Under the pieces are notes generated by a model. That model was not told the origin of the DNA, made no database searches, and saw only the letters and a program-made list of their open reading frames with translations. A program made the position numbers and the translations under genes. Below are positions 37,320 through 51,401 of a stretch of 64,000 bases of DNA, piece by piece (positions within the stretch are counted from its first letter, which is position 1; every line of letters starts with the position of its first letter). Origin of the DNA: Azolla caroliniana (Eukaryota; Plantae; Polypodiophyta); contig JBHGNT010000004.1 of assembly GCA_043228905.1 (NCBI GenBank), positions 8,246,001-8,310,000 of the forward strand, written 5' to 3'.

Positions 37320-37875
37320 GCGCAACAACGACTCTTATGTGTAGTAACCAAAAGGGGTAGAAACACCCGACACCATCAGAGACGCAGAAGTGCACAACCA
37401 AACAAATATATATATTACAAGAGAAGATTACAACCCCGGCTCCGAGTCGGACCAAGGTAGGTTACAGCAGCAGTTTGCTGCCAAGCCGCCGATCAGGGAG
37501 CTCACGAGCTTGTCGCGTCGAGTGGGGTCTTGCACAGGAGACCGAGCAGAAGCAAACCCTAAACAAACACGAACTCTCAACTCTCACGATGAGGAAGAAG
37601 AACACTACCAAATTAAAACCGCCTAACCCTAATCTAATGGTATACCCCCTAACACAAAATGGGCAACCCCTTTACAAAGGGTGTTCCCCTCCTTTTATAG
37701 AACAAGGAGAGGGATGCGTAACAATGTGGGATAAATCCCTTATTACATGGGATCCTCTGTCCCAACTTAACTCCTATTGTTCACAGGTTTTTACAAGGGT
37801 AAGTGCACATGGTGCACTCTGCCAATTCTTCCGACATTCCCCAGTTTCTCACTGTGGCCCGAAATCTTCACGACA
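37158..37875 (-). repeat. 5' LTR of Gypsy F
   Basis: TG...GACA ends; the ~37630-37875 part is homologous to 48945-49210. Confidence 0.85.
37274..37315. repeat. (GA)n microsatellite in LTR F
   Basis: Uninterrupted GA run of about 21 units. Confidence 0.97.
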
Positions 37876-38777
37876 TCGTGGAAATTGAAACTCCAAAATT
37901 GCAGTGCCACATTGACAACCGAGGCCGAATATGTCTACTACGGCGAAAGAGGCTTTATGGCTTCGTCGGCTAGCGCACACGTTTCGACAACTCGACTCCA
38001 ACTCGGCTCCAGTTGTCCACAATGTCAATCAGGGTGTTGTTGCACTTTCGAAAAATACGGTTCAGCACAACGCATCGAAACATATCGACGTTCGATATCA
38101 CTTCTTTCAGGACTACATCATTACAGGGAAAATCGACCTCGAGAAGATACCTACATCCGATAATGTCGCTGATGGAATGACCAAGTGTCTTTCAACAGAT
38201 TGATTTCGATCCCTACGGCACCAGATGGGTGTAACTAAGAATAAGTCCGATTAAGTCGAACACTCAAGATGTTTTTCGAACAATTGACTTCGATAGTTTG
38301 AAGCTTGGCCTTAGTTTTCCCCATCTTGGCCAATTCGACCTTTAGTTTTTCAAAGCTCACCGACTTGAAAGAAATTTCGATTTGTTCAAAAACTTTGTAT
38401 CCATCTGTATTGTACATTTATTTTGATTTACATATTTTCGATGTATACGCCCATTACGGGGAACTGTTGAATGCGGGTCTCTAATGGATGTATTCACATT
38501 GTCTCCTTTTGTACACACTAGGAACTTTAGGTTATTTATGTAAATAGGAAGAAGGACAGTTGCCCTAAGTTAGTTAGTATATAATCTGACTTTGAAACTT
38601 AGTTTTGTGGTTGTTGCAAATATAGTTCATCTTGTGCCTAATGTCTCTCTCTTGCATTCTAAGTGGCTTATCATTCTTTGTCTCTATTGCCATCAATTTA
38701 CCTTGATTGTATTTGTTTACGATCTAATCATAAGAAGAGTGTTGATTTGTTCCTGCCTAGACGGACGCATTCCAACA
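37876..38777 (+). mobile_element. Copia J 3' fragment (RNase H, PPT, 3' LTR 38465-38777)
   Basis: SWKLKLQ..TTEAEY, HNASKHIDVRYHF, NVADGMTK; PPT TACGGGGAAC; LTR TGTTG...CCAACA. Confidence 0.85.
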
Positions 38778-41542
38778 CAGAGTACCAAGATGTTGATTCG
38801 TCAAATTCGACATCTCGGCTTACTCAAACTATCTTTGTCTGGGGATTGTAGAACTTATACCCCTTTTGCTCATGTGAGTAGCCGACTAGTATGCACTTCT
38901 CCGACTTCTGATCCAGCTTTCTCCGCTTCTCATCTGACACATGCACAAGGCAATGCTGCCGAATATCCTCAGGTGCCTTAAATTATGCTTCCGCCCGAAA
39001 TACATCTCGTGTGCTGAAACCTTATCCCCGATCCGGTTTTGGATGTAGACGACCATCCGGACTAGTTTGGCCCAATAGAACTTGGGCATGCTCTTCTCTT
39101 CTAGAATCATCCATGCCGCTTCCACGATCGACCGGTTCTTCCTTTCAGCCACACTGTTTTGTTCTGGTGTGTATTTGCAACCAAATTCCCTCCGAATTCC
39201 TTTTTGCTGTAGATAACTATTGAATTGGCCAGAAAAGTATTCTTTTTTGCCATCCGACCATAGACACTTGATATTTTTCTCTGTTTCCCGTTCGACAAGA
39301 CTTTGCAGATTCCAGAAACAGTCGAAAACTTTGCTTTTCTTCTTGATGAGATAGATCCACGTGTGCTGGTTGTAGTCGTCAATGAAGAAGATGAAATATC
39401 GGCTCCCACCAAGTCTAACGTTTTGTGCCTATCCCCATACATTTGAATGTATCATGTCAAGCTTGTTACGGCTCCAGTTTCTTTCAGTGCGGAACGGAAG
39501 CCGATGGTGCATCCCAATTTGGCAAGCTTCACAAATTCGGGCCATCCAGCCACTAAATTTCGGCAATCTGAAAACCACTTGTTTTGATTGCAGATTTTGA
39601 AGCCTGTGGTAGTTTAGGTTGCCGATCCACTTGTGCCATAAGTCAATGTCCGACTCGACTTTTTGTCCTTTTGAGAATAGAGCGGTGCCAAATTCATTGG
39701 TGTCCAGGATAAACATCCTCCTGTCACGACGCCCTTGCACAATGACCTGGCCCTCTGCCTCGATGAAGCACCCAAGGTGCATAAACCGCACTTGCATCCC
39801 CTGGTGGATGATTTGTCTGACCGACACCAGGTTCTTTGTGATTGTCGGAACATGTAAAACATTCATTAGCTTTCCCTTTTGTTTGACATGGCTTAAAGCG
39901 ACTTCTTCAACATGCTCGATCGGGTGAGGAGTGTCGTCTCTAGTTTCGACATCTCCGCATTGCTCCGATTTTTCCATAAACGAGAACTAGTCTTCCTGGC
40001 TCATCATGTGGTTAGATGCTCCGGAGTCAACATACTTGTCACACTTCCTTTGATCCGGAAGTGGTCTTCTTCATCTAGTTTTCCTTGCACTTCATCATAA
40101 AGGCTCGCCCCTTTCCGGTCTTACCGGTTCCGGATCCAGATTTATCCGAATTGGTGCGCTTCTTCCAGCACTCGCTTTCCCGGTGGCCTTTCTTGCCACA
40201 TTACCAGCGTTCCGTGTCGGCCTTACCTTGCTTTTTTCCGGCGCTGATTTGACTCCCCTGCTTGTGGAGGGTCCTGAATTGCTATCAGCACTATCTTTGT
40301 GCCTTTGATTCTGCTCTTGTCGGCCGCCTCCATTGCGTGCCAATCCACGCCCACGGGGCTGATCCGCCTCCGTGTACACCATCCGGTTGTCCGATTGAGT
40401 GGTCCTCAACCTAGTCACGTGGTTTTCTTCGATCATCAACATCGATTGTAGGTCGAAGGACGGTGGCTTCTCCCGGGCCCAAATTTTTGTCCGTATTGGC
40501 CCTTACCGTTTTGCTAGACCGTCGAGGCAGATCTAGACCATCTCGTGTTTATCCACCGTCATGTTGACGAACCCGAGCGCATTGTAGATCTCCTTGATCT
40601 TGGCGTTGTAGTCGGTAATCGACATGTCCCGTTGTCGGATACTGTTGAGCTCTTGCCAAACCTGCAACTTCCAAGCCATGGTACTTGCAGCGAAAATCTT
40701 TCGGAGATTTTCCCAAGCTTCATTTGGCGACTTTTCGTTTCTGATGTATCTGAGCATCTGGTCGTGCACACATGACGAGAGGCAGTACAACACTCTGCTC
40801 ACTCTTTGCTCCCATGACGGGAAATCCTTGTGTGCCGAATCCGGCACTACTACCTTTTCTCCTTCCACATAGCTCCAATATCCGTGCCCCAGCATGTACT
40901 GGTGCATTTTATACTACTAGGACACATAGTTGCTCCAGTCGAGATTTTATGTAGGAAGGGAGCTCGCCATGCTTTTGTCCATATCTTTCTTCTCTCTTCT
41001 ATTCTTTACCGGTGATTAGGGTTTGTCCAATTCAACCAGTTGTCGGCAACAAGGGTTCTCAACCCTCCCGCTCTGATACCATGCCAAAGTTAATATGCGG
41101 AAGCTTTGACAAACCGGTTCACTCAGATAGCAACAAAAATAGTGCGGGTTTAATGGAGGCTTGACAAAACACAAACTGAGAGTGGGAGAGACAGAGAGAG
41201 AAGAATAACATAAACTCAATTTCAAAATATTATGCTTTGTACATACAATGGTCCTACATAACATTTTTTATACAAGTCCTTAAAAGCACTAACAGAAGCA
41301 TTGACATGTACTTCAATCCTCATATGAGTGACTAACACTAACTCCAAGGAATATGCCGACATACTAGGTTCGGACTGTAGGCTGCCATGGCCTACTGGTT
41401 CTCACTATTCTGGAGTATGATCTAGTTCTCCGGTCCGGCTCTAGGTTTCAGATATCGATATTTTTAGACACCGATCCGACTACCTATCCGGTTCTCCGTT
41501 CCGGGTACCGATCCGGATCCAGTTGAGCTTGCCCGCTCAACA
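38778..41542 (-). mobile_element. Copia H 5' half (5' LTR 41082-41542, PBS-Met, gag, PR, integrase)
   Basis: TGGTATCAGAGC at 41070-41081 (minus); gag 40533-40907; YVDSGASNHM; LWHKWIG; AERKNRSIVE; ends VSRDVEFDES at the J insertion. Confidence 0.9.
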
Positions 41543-42401
41543 AGCCCTCACTGGGATTTGGAACACGAACAGGTGTGAGAGACCATGTGCAGCCCTCACT
41601 AGGAACCGGAACTAGAATTGATCCTCATTGGGAACTGGACCACCACCAGATGAAGGAGTGTAGACAAAGCGGTCAGCTGGACTTCTTCTATCATGAGAGG
41701 GAGCTAGCAAGAAACCAATGCGATCCCCACCAGGAAACTGAGTGGTTGTGACCCCCACCGGAACTGGGAAGGTGAGCAATCAAAATCAACCCTCACCAAA
41801 ATCGTGATGCAAAATGATACCTATAGATGATGCCAATGACAATGAAGAGGGAAGAACAATGATTATAATGAAAGACCATGCAAAGTAGTGTCAAGATGAT
41901 GATGAAGGTTGGGTGAAGTGGCGTTTGATGAAGACAACAAGAGGCGTTGGAAATGATGTCAAAGACAAGGCAACAAAGCCGATGATGATGAGGAAGCATC
42001 TCTCAAAACAATGACTATAACTATGGTGGCAATGGTGTGTAGAAGCAACGACGACTATGACGACGATGTCTCTCAAACCAAGGATGTTGATGACGGTAAC
42101 TGTAGATGCAAGGTGGGTGACGATGGTAACTCTAGAAGCAAGGGCGATGACGAAAATGGGTGATGCTTCTAGTGGGAGGGGATTCAAGCTATCACGGACA
42201 CACCAACCAAGGACTTGGATGGAGCACGGATGATGGGGCTACGAACTTGGAGCTAGAAGTGACGAGAGTTGAAACTCGGGAAGTTGGGAGTAACGAGGGG
42301 AGGAACTTAAGAAGCTGGGAATGACACAAGAGCATGAAGACAGAGATGAAGATCAAGGAGACAAGATGGGGCAAAGCGACAATACCGGATTGATGTTTCA
42401 T

Positions 42402-43700
42402 TGATAGGGTTTGAATCCCCTGAAAGGGACCAAGTAGGTTACAAGTATTTATACATGTTTGTGGGTTCTACATGTAGTTCCATGCATAGACCCATTTTCA
42501 TGCAAAATCTTTTGGAATGTTCCAGCTTCTAGAGCTTTCTGGAAGCTTCTAAAAACTCTTAGAACTTGGAATAGATAATCTACTAATACTTTACTAAGAT
42601 ATACATAACATGATCATGTATTTGGACGTGTTGGTTAGAACATAACACTTGACCACGTACAAGAGGTCAAGTGTTCGAAGCTTGACATGATTGTTGCCAT
42701 GTCTGTGATAGATCCACTCACCATGAAGATTGAAGGAAAGGGAGGGGTTTCTCTCAAGAAGAAAGAACCCAAATGGATCTCGGACCACAAGGCGAAATGA
42801 AACCGACCATGGAGCAGCAAGGCGAGGAGAATTCGATTGAGATTGACCCAATCATGGGGAACGAGCCAACCAAGATCAAGTTTGATGAAGACCCACCCAG
42901 GGAAGAAGAGGAAGTCAAAGAGCCCAAAAATCGAGAGCCTAAGATCGAGGCAAATTCAACTCAACCATGGTGGTTGAGGAAGAGCTCAAGGAAGGATCGG
43001 GACAAGAGGTTGAGACCAAGCTAAGGAGTAAGATTGAAGAAGAAAAAGTGAGTTCAACCACAGAGAAAAAGAAGAAGCTAAGTACTAAGATTGAGGCCAT
43101 GATCAAAATTGGGACAAGATTGAGGCCGTGATGAGGAACACGCAAGGTTGGGACAAAGCTACATAGTCTCAATGGGATCTCGGATAATCCCAAACAACCA
43201 CCAGTCCTAATTTGAGATGGGATCCAAGAAGGGAACTAGTCCCAATCCTAAAAGCGTTGGGTTGGGACAACCCAACCCTAACATGCAATCCAAAAGGACT
43301 GTCCCAATGGCTAGCCCCCCAACGGCAATATTTGGCCTATAAAAAGAGGATGTGACGCCTCATTTGGTACTCTTTCACTAATGTTCCACTTCCTATTCTT
43401 GGCTCCTAATTTGAGATGGGATCCAAGAAGGGAACTAGTCCCAACCCTAAAAGCGTTGGGTTGGGACAACCCAACCCTAATAGGAAATCCAAAAGGACTA
43501 TCCCAATGACTAGCCCCCCAACGACAATATTTGGCCTATAAAAAGACGACGTGACGCCTCATTTGGTCCTCTTTCATTGATGTTCCACTTCCTATTCTTG
43601 GCTCTAACGAGCTTGTAATAAACCTTTCTTGTAACCTTGTTTAATTAATGATAATGAACCTTCCTTTTTGCTTAATCTTGTATAGTCCCAATAATGTTTC
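42402..43700 (+). mobile_element. Probable degenerate LTR / TE remnant
   Basis: Begins TGATAGGG and has an HSE-like array, a duplicated TATA promoter segment and a TGTAATAAA motif; boundaries and TSD not resolved. Confidence 0.45.
43205..43602. repeat. 199-bp tandem duplication, each unit containing CCTATAAAAAG
   Basis: 43205-43403 repeated at 43404-43602. Confidence 0.9.
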
Positions 43701-45177
43701 CTTGCATTTCAAGACTCCCATATTTTAAGCATACAACACTTATGTATACATTCTCGTATACTAATGTATACATATATTCAACTGCAGGCAAATATGAATT
43801 TACATTTCCTTCATCTATATATACCATGTCCTTGTACACTCACCCATATACATACTTGTATAGATACATACCTACATTTGGACACCCTTCCACACACACA
43901 CACTTAGATATAGTCATGCAATATAAATATATGTGCATGTTTGCATACACATAATCTCAAAAAACACTCATCCAAGAATACAAAACGAATAAACTTAATC
44001 ATTCCATAAGGAAAAGAAGTGGACACCTTCTAAGCCCTCTAACATCGACGGCTGATCAACTGCTATTCTCAGTCCCGCTCATGTTTCACATGCACGTGTG
44101 TAATTTCCTAACATTGTACATTCTACAAGTGCTAGTAAATTAGAAAATTAAAAGGTGTCATGAGGTGGTTTGAAATTCTAGCCATGAACCTGAGGTTCTG
44201 TGGTGTCATGTGGTGTCATGTGGTGGTAGTGTAATAGAGTACAACTATGCCAATACAAGAAATTTGCAAATCTGCATTATCTTAGGGGTCAAACAAGCCA
44301 ATCCAAGAAATCATATGAGTGTTTGTGTATGTCTTTGGGCATCAGGGGTCATGAACCCAAGGTAGTCTAATAGCTTACCAGTAGGCCAAGTTAATTAATT
44401 CATAGATGAGGAGTGATGATCAAATTCGCATTATCTAAGGGTCAAAGAAGCTAGTACAAGAAATCATGTGAGCATGTGTATGTACTTTGGGCATCACTTG
44501 TGTGAGAGCAAGTTTTCTCAAGCTCTTGGTAAGTATTTATAGATTTCTTTTAGTAAAAGTTACATATTTATACATTCAATTAGTTAAACAACTACATTAA
44601 AAATCCAACTACCTAAGTTGGTAAGAGGTCTTGATGGGGTTAAGGAAAATTAATCAATTTCTTTTTTCCATAAAAAGTGGATCGTTCTATTTTTGCTCAT
44701 GTTATAAAGTCATGCTATGTCCAAAGTAATATTTTAGTAGCACATGTTACGTTTTCGTCTTAATCTTATCAAAGCATAGAGAAAGTCCGAAGCACTTTAA
44801 ATGAAAATTTCATCGAATGTGCGATTATATTTTAGTCGAATCAAGTACATTTCCTTACAAACTTTATTAAGAGTGTCCCTTCGAAGGTCGAAAGCGTCAA
44901 GTGTATTGGGATGAGGTTGGATTATAATGCGAAGACTAAAAGCACAAGAAGAGTTTGGGTAACAGCCTCGTAACTTGTTCGTATTTATGGACAACGTGAA
45001 GGGATAATGTATTAGTTTATTAAGTTGCATTGATCTTGAAAAGATTTAAAATTTGTAAGGTTGAAGTTTCAGTTGGGACAACTACTTATATCTGTCTTTA
45101 GATGCCCATAATACAAGGGGAACTTTTTTTTTTTTCCTTTTCCTTATGTAAACTATTAATTGGAAGGGTGTGTTTGC

Positions 45178-45188
45178 TATTATATAAG
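45178..45188 (+). promoter_or_regulatory. TATA box of the peroxidase gene
   Basis: TATTATATAAG about 85 bp upstream of the ATG. Confidence 0.6.
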
Positions 45189-45267
45189 GCCCTTGGTGAG
45201 AGCTTAGAAATTATTCATTATCAATCTTCACCCTCATTTCTTGAACCAGCAAATTAATATCATTATT

Positions 45268-47115
45268 ATGGCTGTTTCTAATACTAGAGAGACACTATTA
45301 CTAGGCATTGTGGTGATTGTCATCACATTAATTAGCCAAGTTAGTTATAATGAAGCCGCATCGGGGCTCAGCTATAATTATTACAACAAAACGTGCCCAG
45401 ACCTTGAAGATATAGTTCAGAGAGAAGTGGAGAGGATCTATTACATCCATGGAAATGCTGCAGTTTCCTTCACTAGGAATATATTCCATGACTGTGCGGT
45501 CCAGGTACAGTAATAAAGCTGAGAGGAGAACGAATGAGAAATATTGAACATAGATCTGTGAATAGAATGAAATTAACATAATTTGTGTGAGGGAATTTAG
45601 TTGAAAGTGTGTTGAATTGAATGGATGAATAGGGATGTGATGGGTCGTTGTTGTTGGAATCTACGGAAGGGCATCCAGGGGAGCAGGAATCGATTAAGAA
45701 CTTTGGATTGCGGAACATGAAATTTGTGCAAGAGATAAAGAATGTGGTGGAAAATGCATGCCCTGGAGTTGTCTCATGTGCTGATATCCTCATCCTCTCT
45801 GGGAGAGATGGCATCGCCATGGTATATACTCTCTTTCTTTCTTTCTTTCTTTATTCTGGAAATTATCTGGTATTTCAATCTTTGTAACCTCTACATTCTA
45901 CACTCTTGCTTGCTCAATGCCATCAATTTTGACACTATATATCTATGCATGCAACACATCTTGTACTGCATTACTTGAATCATATCACATTTACCTAAAA
46001 TAGCCTTCATGTGGCTTGAAATTAAATTGAACTTTAGTCAATTTGTCTCCTAACCTAAAGTAGAATTGTTGTTAATCATCAACATTTCCACTTGTAGTGG
46101 GCACATCCTCCCTTATCATGGAAATTGCTTATCTTCATAATGGCATCTTGCACCTATTAGGTTATTTGTATCTTGTATGTATGTATGTTTGTATGCATGC
46201 CCGCATATGTTACAACAAATCCACATCATCCTCGTTCTTATAATCGTCAACATTACCTCTTGTGTCATTGACATACTCGACAATGCACCATACTTCTTAC
46301 ATGCCCCTCTTATAGGACATGTCTTTTCTCTTGATTTCTCTTCAAATTCAACAAATATTTTTATTTATGAGCCATTTCATGAAGACATACTTGACCATTT
46401 CATACTCAAGAGCCCCATCATATTTTCATATTTGTAATATACTTCTTGACTATCAACTTTTGTTTGAATGAAGCTTGGGGGTCCAAGTTTTAAAGTAAGA
46501 ACCGGGAGACGTGATACCAGAACATTTAGTCTTGCGGCTGCAGATGCTCAACTTTTAGCACCAAATACAGATATCACCACATTCCTTAACTACATGGCAG
46601 GATATGATCTCAACATTGCACAAGCTGTTGCAATCTTAGGTTTGTTGTTTAGTTAATAATGATAAACATTTGGTAGGTTTCTTTATTTGATAAATAATTA
46701 TTTATATTTCTATGATGTAGGAGCTCACAGCGTGGGTAGGACACATTGCATATTTTTGGAACCAAGGCTTTATCCAACTCTTGACCCAACATTGAACTCC
46801 AGTTATGCTATTTTTATGAAGAAAAGATGTTCATTACCAAAGGTTGATTTGCTCAAATATGTCAGAAATGACAAAATAACCCCTATGAAAATTGACAACA
46901 ATTACTTTAAGAACATAATGCAATTGAAAGGGTCTCTAAAGTTAGATAATGCCCTCTACTTGGATAAAAGAACGAGAGTTTATGTGGAGAAGTTTGCCCA
47001 AGATAACAACTACTTCTTTAGCCAATTTGTAGAAGCAATCTCTATTATAAGTGAATATAAGGTTCTAACCGGCTCCCAAGGAGAGATAAGAAGAAATTGC
47101 AAATGGGTCAACTGA
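45268..47115 (+). CDS. Class III secretory plant peroxidase, Prx21/Prx42-like, 328 aa; join(45268-45504,45633-45821,46474-46639,46721-47115)
   Basis: Hydrophobic signal peptide; RNIFHDC distal His; GCDGS, VSCAD, GGP..V.TGRRD and GAHSVG proximal His motifs; 8 conserved Cys; three GT-AG introns at the usual positions (189- and 166-nt internal exons); open frame to TGA. Confidence 0.96.
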
Positions 47116-47746
47116 ACAACCACTAGGGCTCTTCAAATTGGCGCTAGAGCGTTTTACTTTATGTTGGTTTTAAACTTAATAACCCCCAAAGTTTGCAAAA
47201 TTTAAATGCAAAATTGTGTAAACTAGTGTTACAATACATGTACACTATGTTTTCAACTCTTTTGATTTTTAAGATCAACATTAATCAAGTTGTGAGCCTT
47301 GATAAAGGCTCACTATTAAAAATACAAAATAACTCAATTGACCTTTAATATGTCTCCTAAATCTTATCGTAATGAAAAATGCAAGGAATGTTTTACAAAG
47401 ATGAAGAAAAAAGAAAACGATAGAAGAAGAAGGTCATTGGCATATTATTTTTATTATGAAACTAGAGAGTAACGGGAGATTGACATTAATAAAAGATCAA
47501 ACGTCCAAAGTACAAAAGGGTATCCTTAATTTCCCTACGTAGCTCGTGTTTGTTAATGGTATCATTCTCCCTGCTTGATCATCTTGTTCTACTCATTTTT
47601 TATGTTTTAATGTACCCATCCTCAAAAATATCGCACTCATATTCGTTTTAGATAACTTTATCATATTGGTAAGTTATCAAGTTATCTATACAAGGTCTTG
47701 AAGGCAAACTTTAAATTAATTTATCATAAATATAAGGGTAGGAAGG

Positions 47747-47985
47747 GAACTGATGTATATTTTTGAACCCTTTATGTTCCTTTTAATTAGGAATCAACAA
47801 CATTCACCGGTTAGGCCTTATCCAAGCCAAACCAGTTAAGCCTAAATAGGTTTGGGAACCGGTTTGGCCCAAATCGGTTAAGCTCTAAATTTGTGGTAAG
47901 AGTTGTTTGTAGTCATCATTATAAAACATTAAATTCCATAAGAATTGTATGGGTTTATAATGATTGGCCAATGTTTTCAAAAACA
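47747..47985 (+). repeat. 239-bp direct repeat, copy 1 (left of Copia I)
   Basis: Repeated at 57953-58191. Confidence 0.92.
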
Positions 47986-48097
47986 CTAACAACCTACTGT
48001 TAGGTTGGCACTTGGATCAAATAGTACATCAGATTAAATAGGCGACAATAATATGATAATATAGGAGCAGAGAAATAAATGACACGAGTATTTACAT

Positions 48098-49210
48098 TGT
48101 CGTGGTTTTCAGCGGGTACGTGTAGGATCTTAGGCGGGACCGCGGGGGTCTTGGACTAGGGAGACGGATGGTGGAATCTTTAAGCTTTGTGGGCTTCGGT
48201 CCGGAATCGGCTTCCAGCTCCAACAAATGTAGGGTTTCACAAAAGACGGTTCACCGCGAATATGGACCCGACTCAAATATGTTACAAGGAAGATAGATGT
48301 ACGCTAACATGAATATATATTACAAGAGCTTTACAACAAGACGGTTACATGCCTCGAATCCGATGGCTATTACATATCAATAGGCTAATACAACAAGTTA
48401 AGAATGGGAACCGGCGAAGGCAAGTCAAGTGGGCCACTGGGACTGCGATGTCCACCATTGGTCATGCCCTGAAGATGGTGGAGTGTTCCCGGGCCACTTC
48501 GCCCTCCCTTCTCGAACCGGCCGCCACACGAAACGCTCTCCATCGAGGAGAGGAACCAAATTGTTCCTTCCGGATTGCTTCAGTATGATGGATTGAAGGA
48601 GTGCCACGTTCTGAAAAGTGCAACCGAATCTCCAAGTGCTGCCACCGGAATGCCTAAAGCTGTTGTTGTAGGAATCCCCCAAATGAAACCAAACTCTCAC
48701 ACGAAGAAGAGAGAATAACACCCGAAACCCTAAACCGCATAAACCCTAACTCGCACGAACTCTCACAAGAAGAAGAACCTAAACGGAATACTGACGTCCA
48801 CTCGAAAGAATGATCCAAACCCACGAGACAATGAAGAAGACAAAAAGGAAACCCTAAAACGAAATAGGGAGCCCAAACCAAAGTACAAACCCTAAGGGAA
48901 TAAGAATAAGATGAAGACCAAGAAAACTACCAAACCCTAGACCTAAGTGGTATACCCTTCCTAACTCAAAATGGGCAACCCCTTAACAAAGGGCGCTCCC
49001 TTCCTTTTATAGAACAAGGAGAGGGATGCGTAACAATGTGGGATAATCCCTTATTACATGCGATCCTCTGTCCCGAATTAACTCCTACTCGGCGCCATAA
49101 AGGCACCCCTATTATTCACACGTTTTTACAAGGGTAAGTGCACATAATGCAGTCCGCCGATTCTTTTGTTATTCCTAGGTTTCTCGCCATGGCCCGGAAT
49201 CTTCACGACA
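48098..49210 (-). mobile_element. Solo LTR of the tRNA-Trp Gypsy lineage inside the Copia I 3' LTR
   Basis: TGTCGTGG...TTCACGACA; TSD ACAT/ACGT. The empty site in the sister LTR (57477-57480) has a single ACGT. Confidence 0.93.
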
Positions 49211-51401
49211 ACGTGGTTCGGCCAAATTAGCCTACGTCCACGAACAGGAGAGTGATTCCACTATAAGAAAATATAATAGAGAGTTTACAACAATTAGAGA
49301 AAATATTCTCTAATTAAACCCAACACCCAAGACAATAACCTCACAATTCTCTCACAAGAATTTTCTCTCAAATAGTGTTTCCCAAACTCTCTAATTCTCT
49401 CAAATCTCACAAGCCTACAACTCTTGGTAGTCTTCAATTTTCGGATGCCCCCATCAAACGACTAAGGCTGCCTTTATTTATAGCCCTCACTACACCGACT
49501 TTTACATAGTAATGATGCACGTGACCTTCATATATTCACCAAGAGTGATGACTTTACAATTTAATTAACAAAGCATATAGCTTACTCATTAAGTCTTTCA
49601 ATTAGTCATCATGCTTTGTGTAGATCATGCAGATGAGAGACGTGGCTTTCCATAAACCACAACAATTAATTCAAGTCATTTTAACAAATCTCCACCTTGA
49701 CTTGAATTTCATAGCAGTCTTGCTCCACCTTCGCCGAATAGCTCGATTATCGTTAACACCAATCAAAATCAAGGAATGCTTGAACTTGATTCTTGGAAGA
49801 GGCTTCGTCAACATATCTGCGAGATTCTCATGAGTTGAAATCTTTTTCACTGAGATATCACCCCACAAAATAGTATCACGAACAAAGTGATACTTGATAT
49901 CGATGTGCTTAGTTCTTTCATGGAACATCTGACCTTTAGTCAAATGAATGGCACTTTGACTATCACATAAAATGTCGATCTTGTCTAAACAAGAACTGAG
50001 CTCCCCAAGCAAGCCTCTTAACCAGATCCCTTCTTTAATCACCTCTATCACTGCAATGTACTCTGCCTCTGTCGTTGATAGCGCAACCACGGGATGCAAC
50101 GAAGCTTTCCAGCTAACTGCACTTCCAGCCAGAGTGAATACATACCCTATCAGTGATCTTCTTTTATCAAGATCACCAGCATAGTCAGAGTCAACATAGC
50201 CAACTAGAGAATTGCTACTCCTGCCAAACTCCAGACAAGCGTCTGAAGTCCCACACAAATATCTTAAAATCCATTTCATTGCATTCTAGTGTGATTTTCT
50301 AGGACAAGCCATATATCTCCTGATCACACTCACAGCATGTGAAATATCTGGATGCGTACAAACCATAACAACATCATGCTACCAACTGCACTGGAGTAGG
50401 GAACTCTTGCGATGTATCTCTTTTGATTATCTAACTTTGGTGATAAAGAAGCTGATAACTTAAAATGCGTTCCAAACGGAGTCGATACTGGTTTAGGGTA
50501 AAAGCATGCGAGTGGAAACACTATTATAGCTAATTAGCTACTAAAATGGCCACAGCTAATTAGCTATTTGTTAGCTAGTTTTTTGTGGGAAAATCATAAG
50601 GATGGTTTACGAAATTTTATGTTTTATTATTTAAATACATGTCATTTAATTTATGAGAATACTCAAATATTTGAACTTTGGTTTCTGACGTAGTGGAACA
50701 TGGGGAATAGTGCCATCATCTAAGGTCGACTTGAATGTCATCAAATTCTTGATAATCCTGAGTTCGAGTTCGAACTCCAAACAGATGGAGTACTCTGAGC
50801 ATGAACGTAGACGAAACCCCCGCAACAGGACAAAAACTCTGAGGTCGACATTGCACCTTCATAGCTACAACACACGAGCAAGTCGATCCTCGTCCAGGTA
50901 TGTATCAGTTACATATTAAAAAAACTTTTTTTTTCCTTTCTGATAACTATCTGTAAATTTGGTGCCTATTCATCTTTCCCAAAAATCGAATAGGGCGAAG
51001 TCATTGGAGTTCCAAACAAGGATGTCTCGAAGATCTGGGTGTAGCAGCAGGTGTGTTTTTTATTGACAGAATTTCGTAGTACGGTTGATTTCTACCTTTA
51101 GTGATGTTTAGGGTTTGTATTTCCCTTCAATGGTTTAGGGTTTCTGATTACAAATTTCAGATTACAAGTTTCTAGTTACAAATTTCTAATTACTGTCGCA
51201 ATCTGTTGTAATTTTGCACCAATTCTCATGACAAAATCTGATTAGGGTTTCTGATTTTTTAAATGGTTGATTTCTGATACATGTTGAAAAGGACATATTA
51301 CAAATTTCAGATTACTGTCTCAAAGTGTAGTAATTTTGCACCAAATTCACATTAAAAATTCTGTTTTTGCACCAATTCTGATTACTGATTTTCTATTTTA
51401 G

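Larger units (their letters stand above)
33223..37875 (-). mobile_element. Gypsy F: tRNA-Trp lineage member with gag plus a repetitive internal region and no visible pol; truncated by the Copia D 3' LTR
   Basis: 5' LTR 37158-37875 (related to the A LTR and solo LTR 48098-49210), exact PBS-Trp, gag ORFs 36713-37015 and 35222-35527 homologous to A/B gag (DKVLLF..GLTEDW); right flank TCGT. Confidence 0.85.

Noticed and set aside
41543-42400. Host gene or env-like ORF
   Set aside because: Short imperfect repeats and GAT/GAC-rich low complexity; no coherent frame or splice pattern.
42402-44044. Defined solo LTR ending at CCCTCTAACA (44044) or TTAATCA (44001)
   Set aside because: No matching TSD and no second copy in the window to fix the boundaries.
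44274-44496. Imperfect ~70-bp direct repeat upstream of the peroxidase as a regulatory module
   Set aside because: The repeat is visible (44274-44344 vs 44428-44496) but too degenerate to assign a function or element type.
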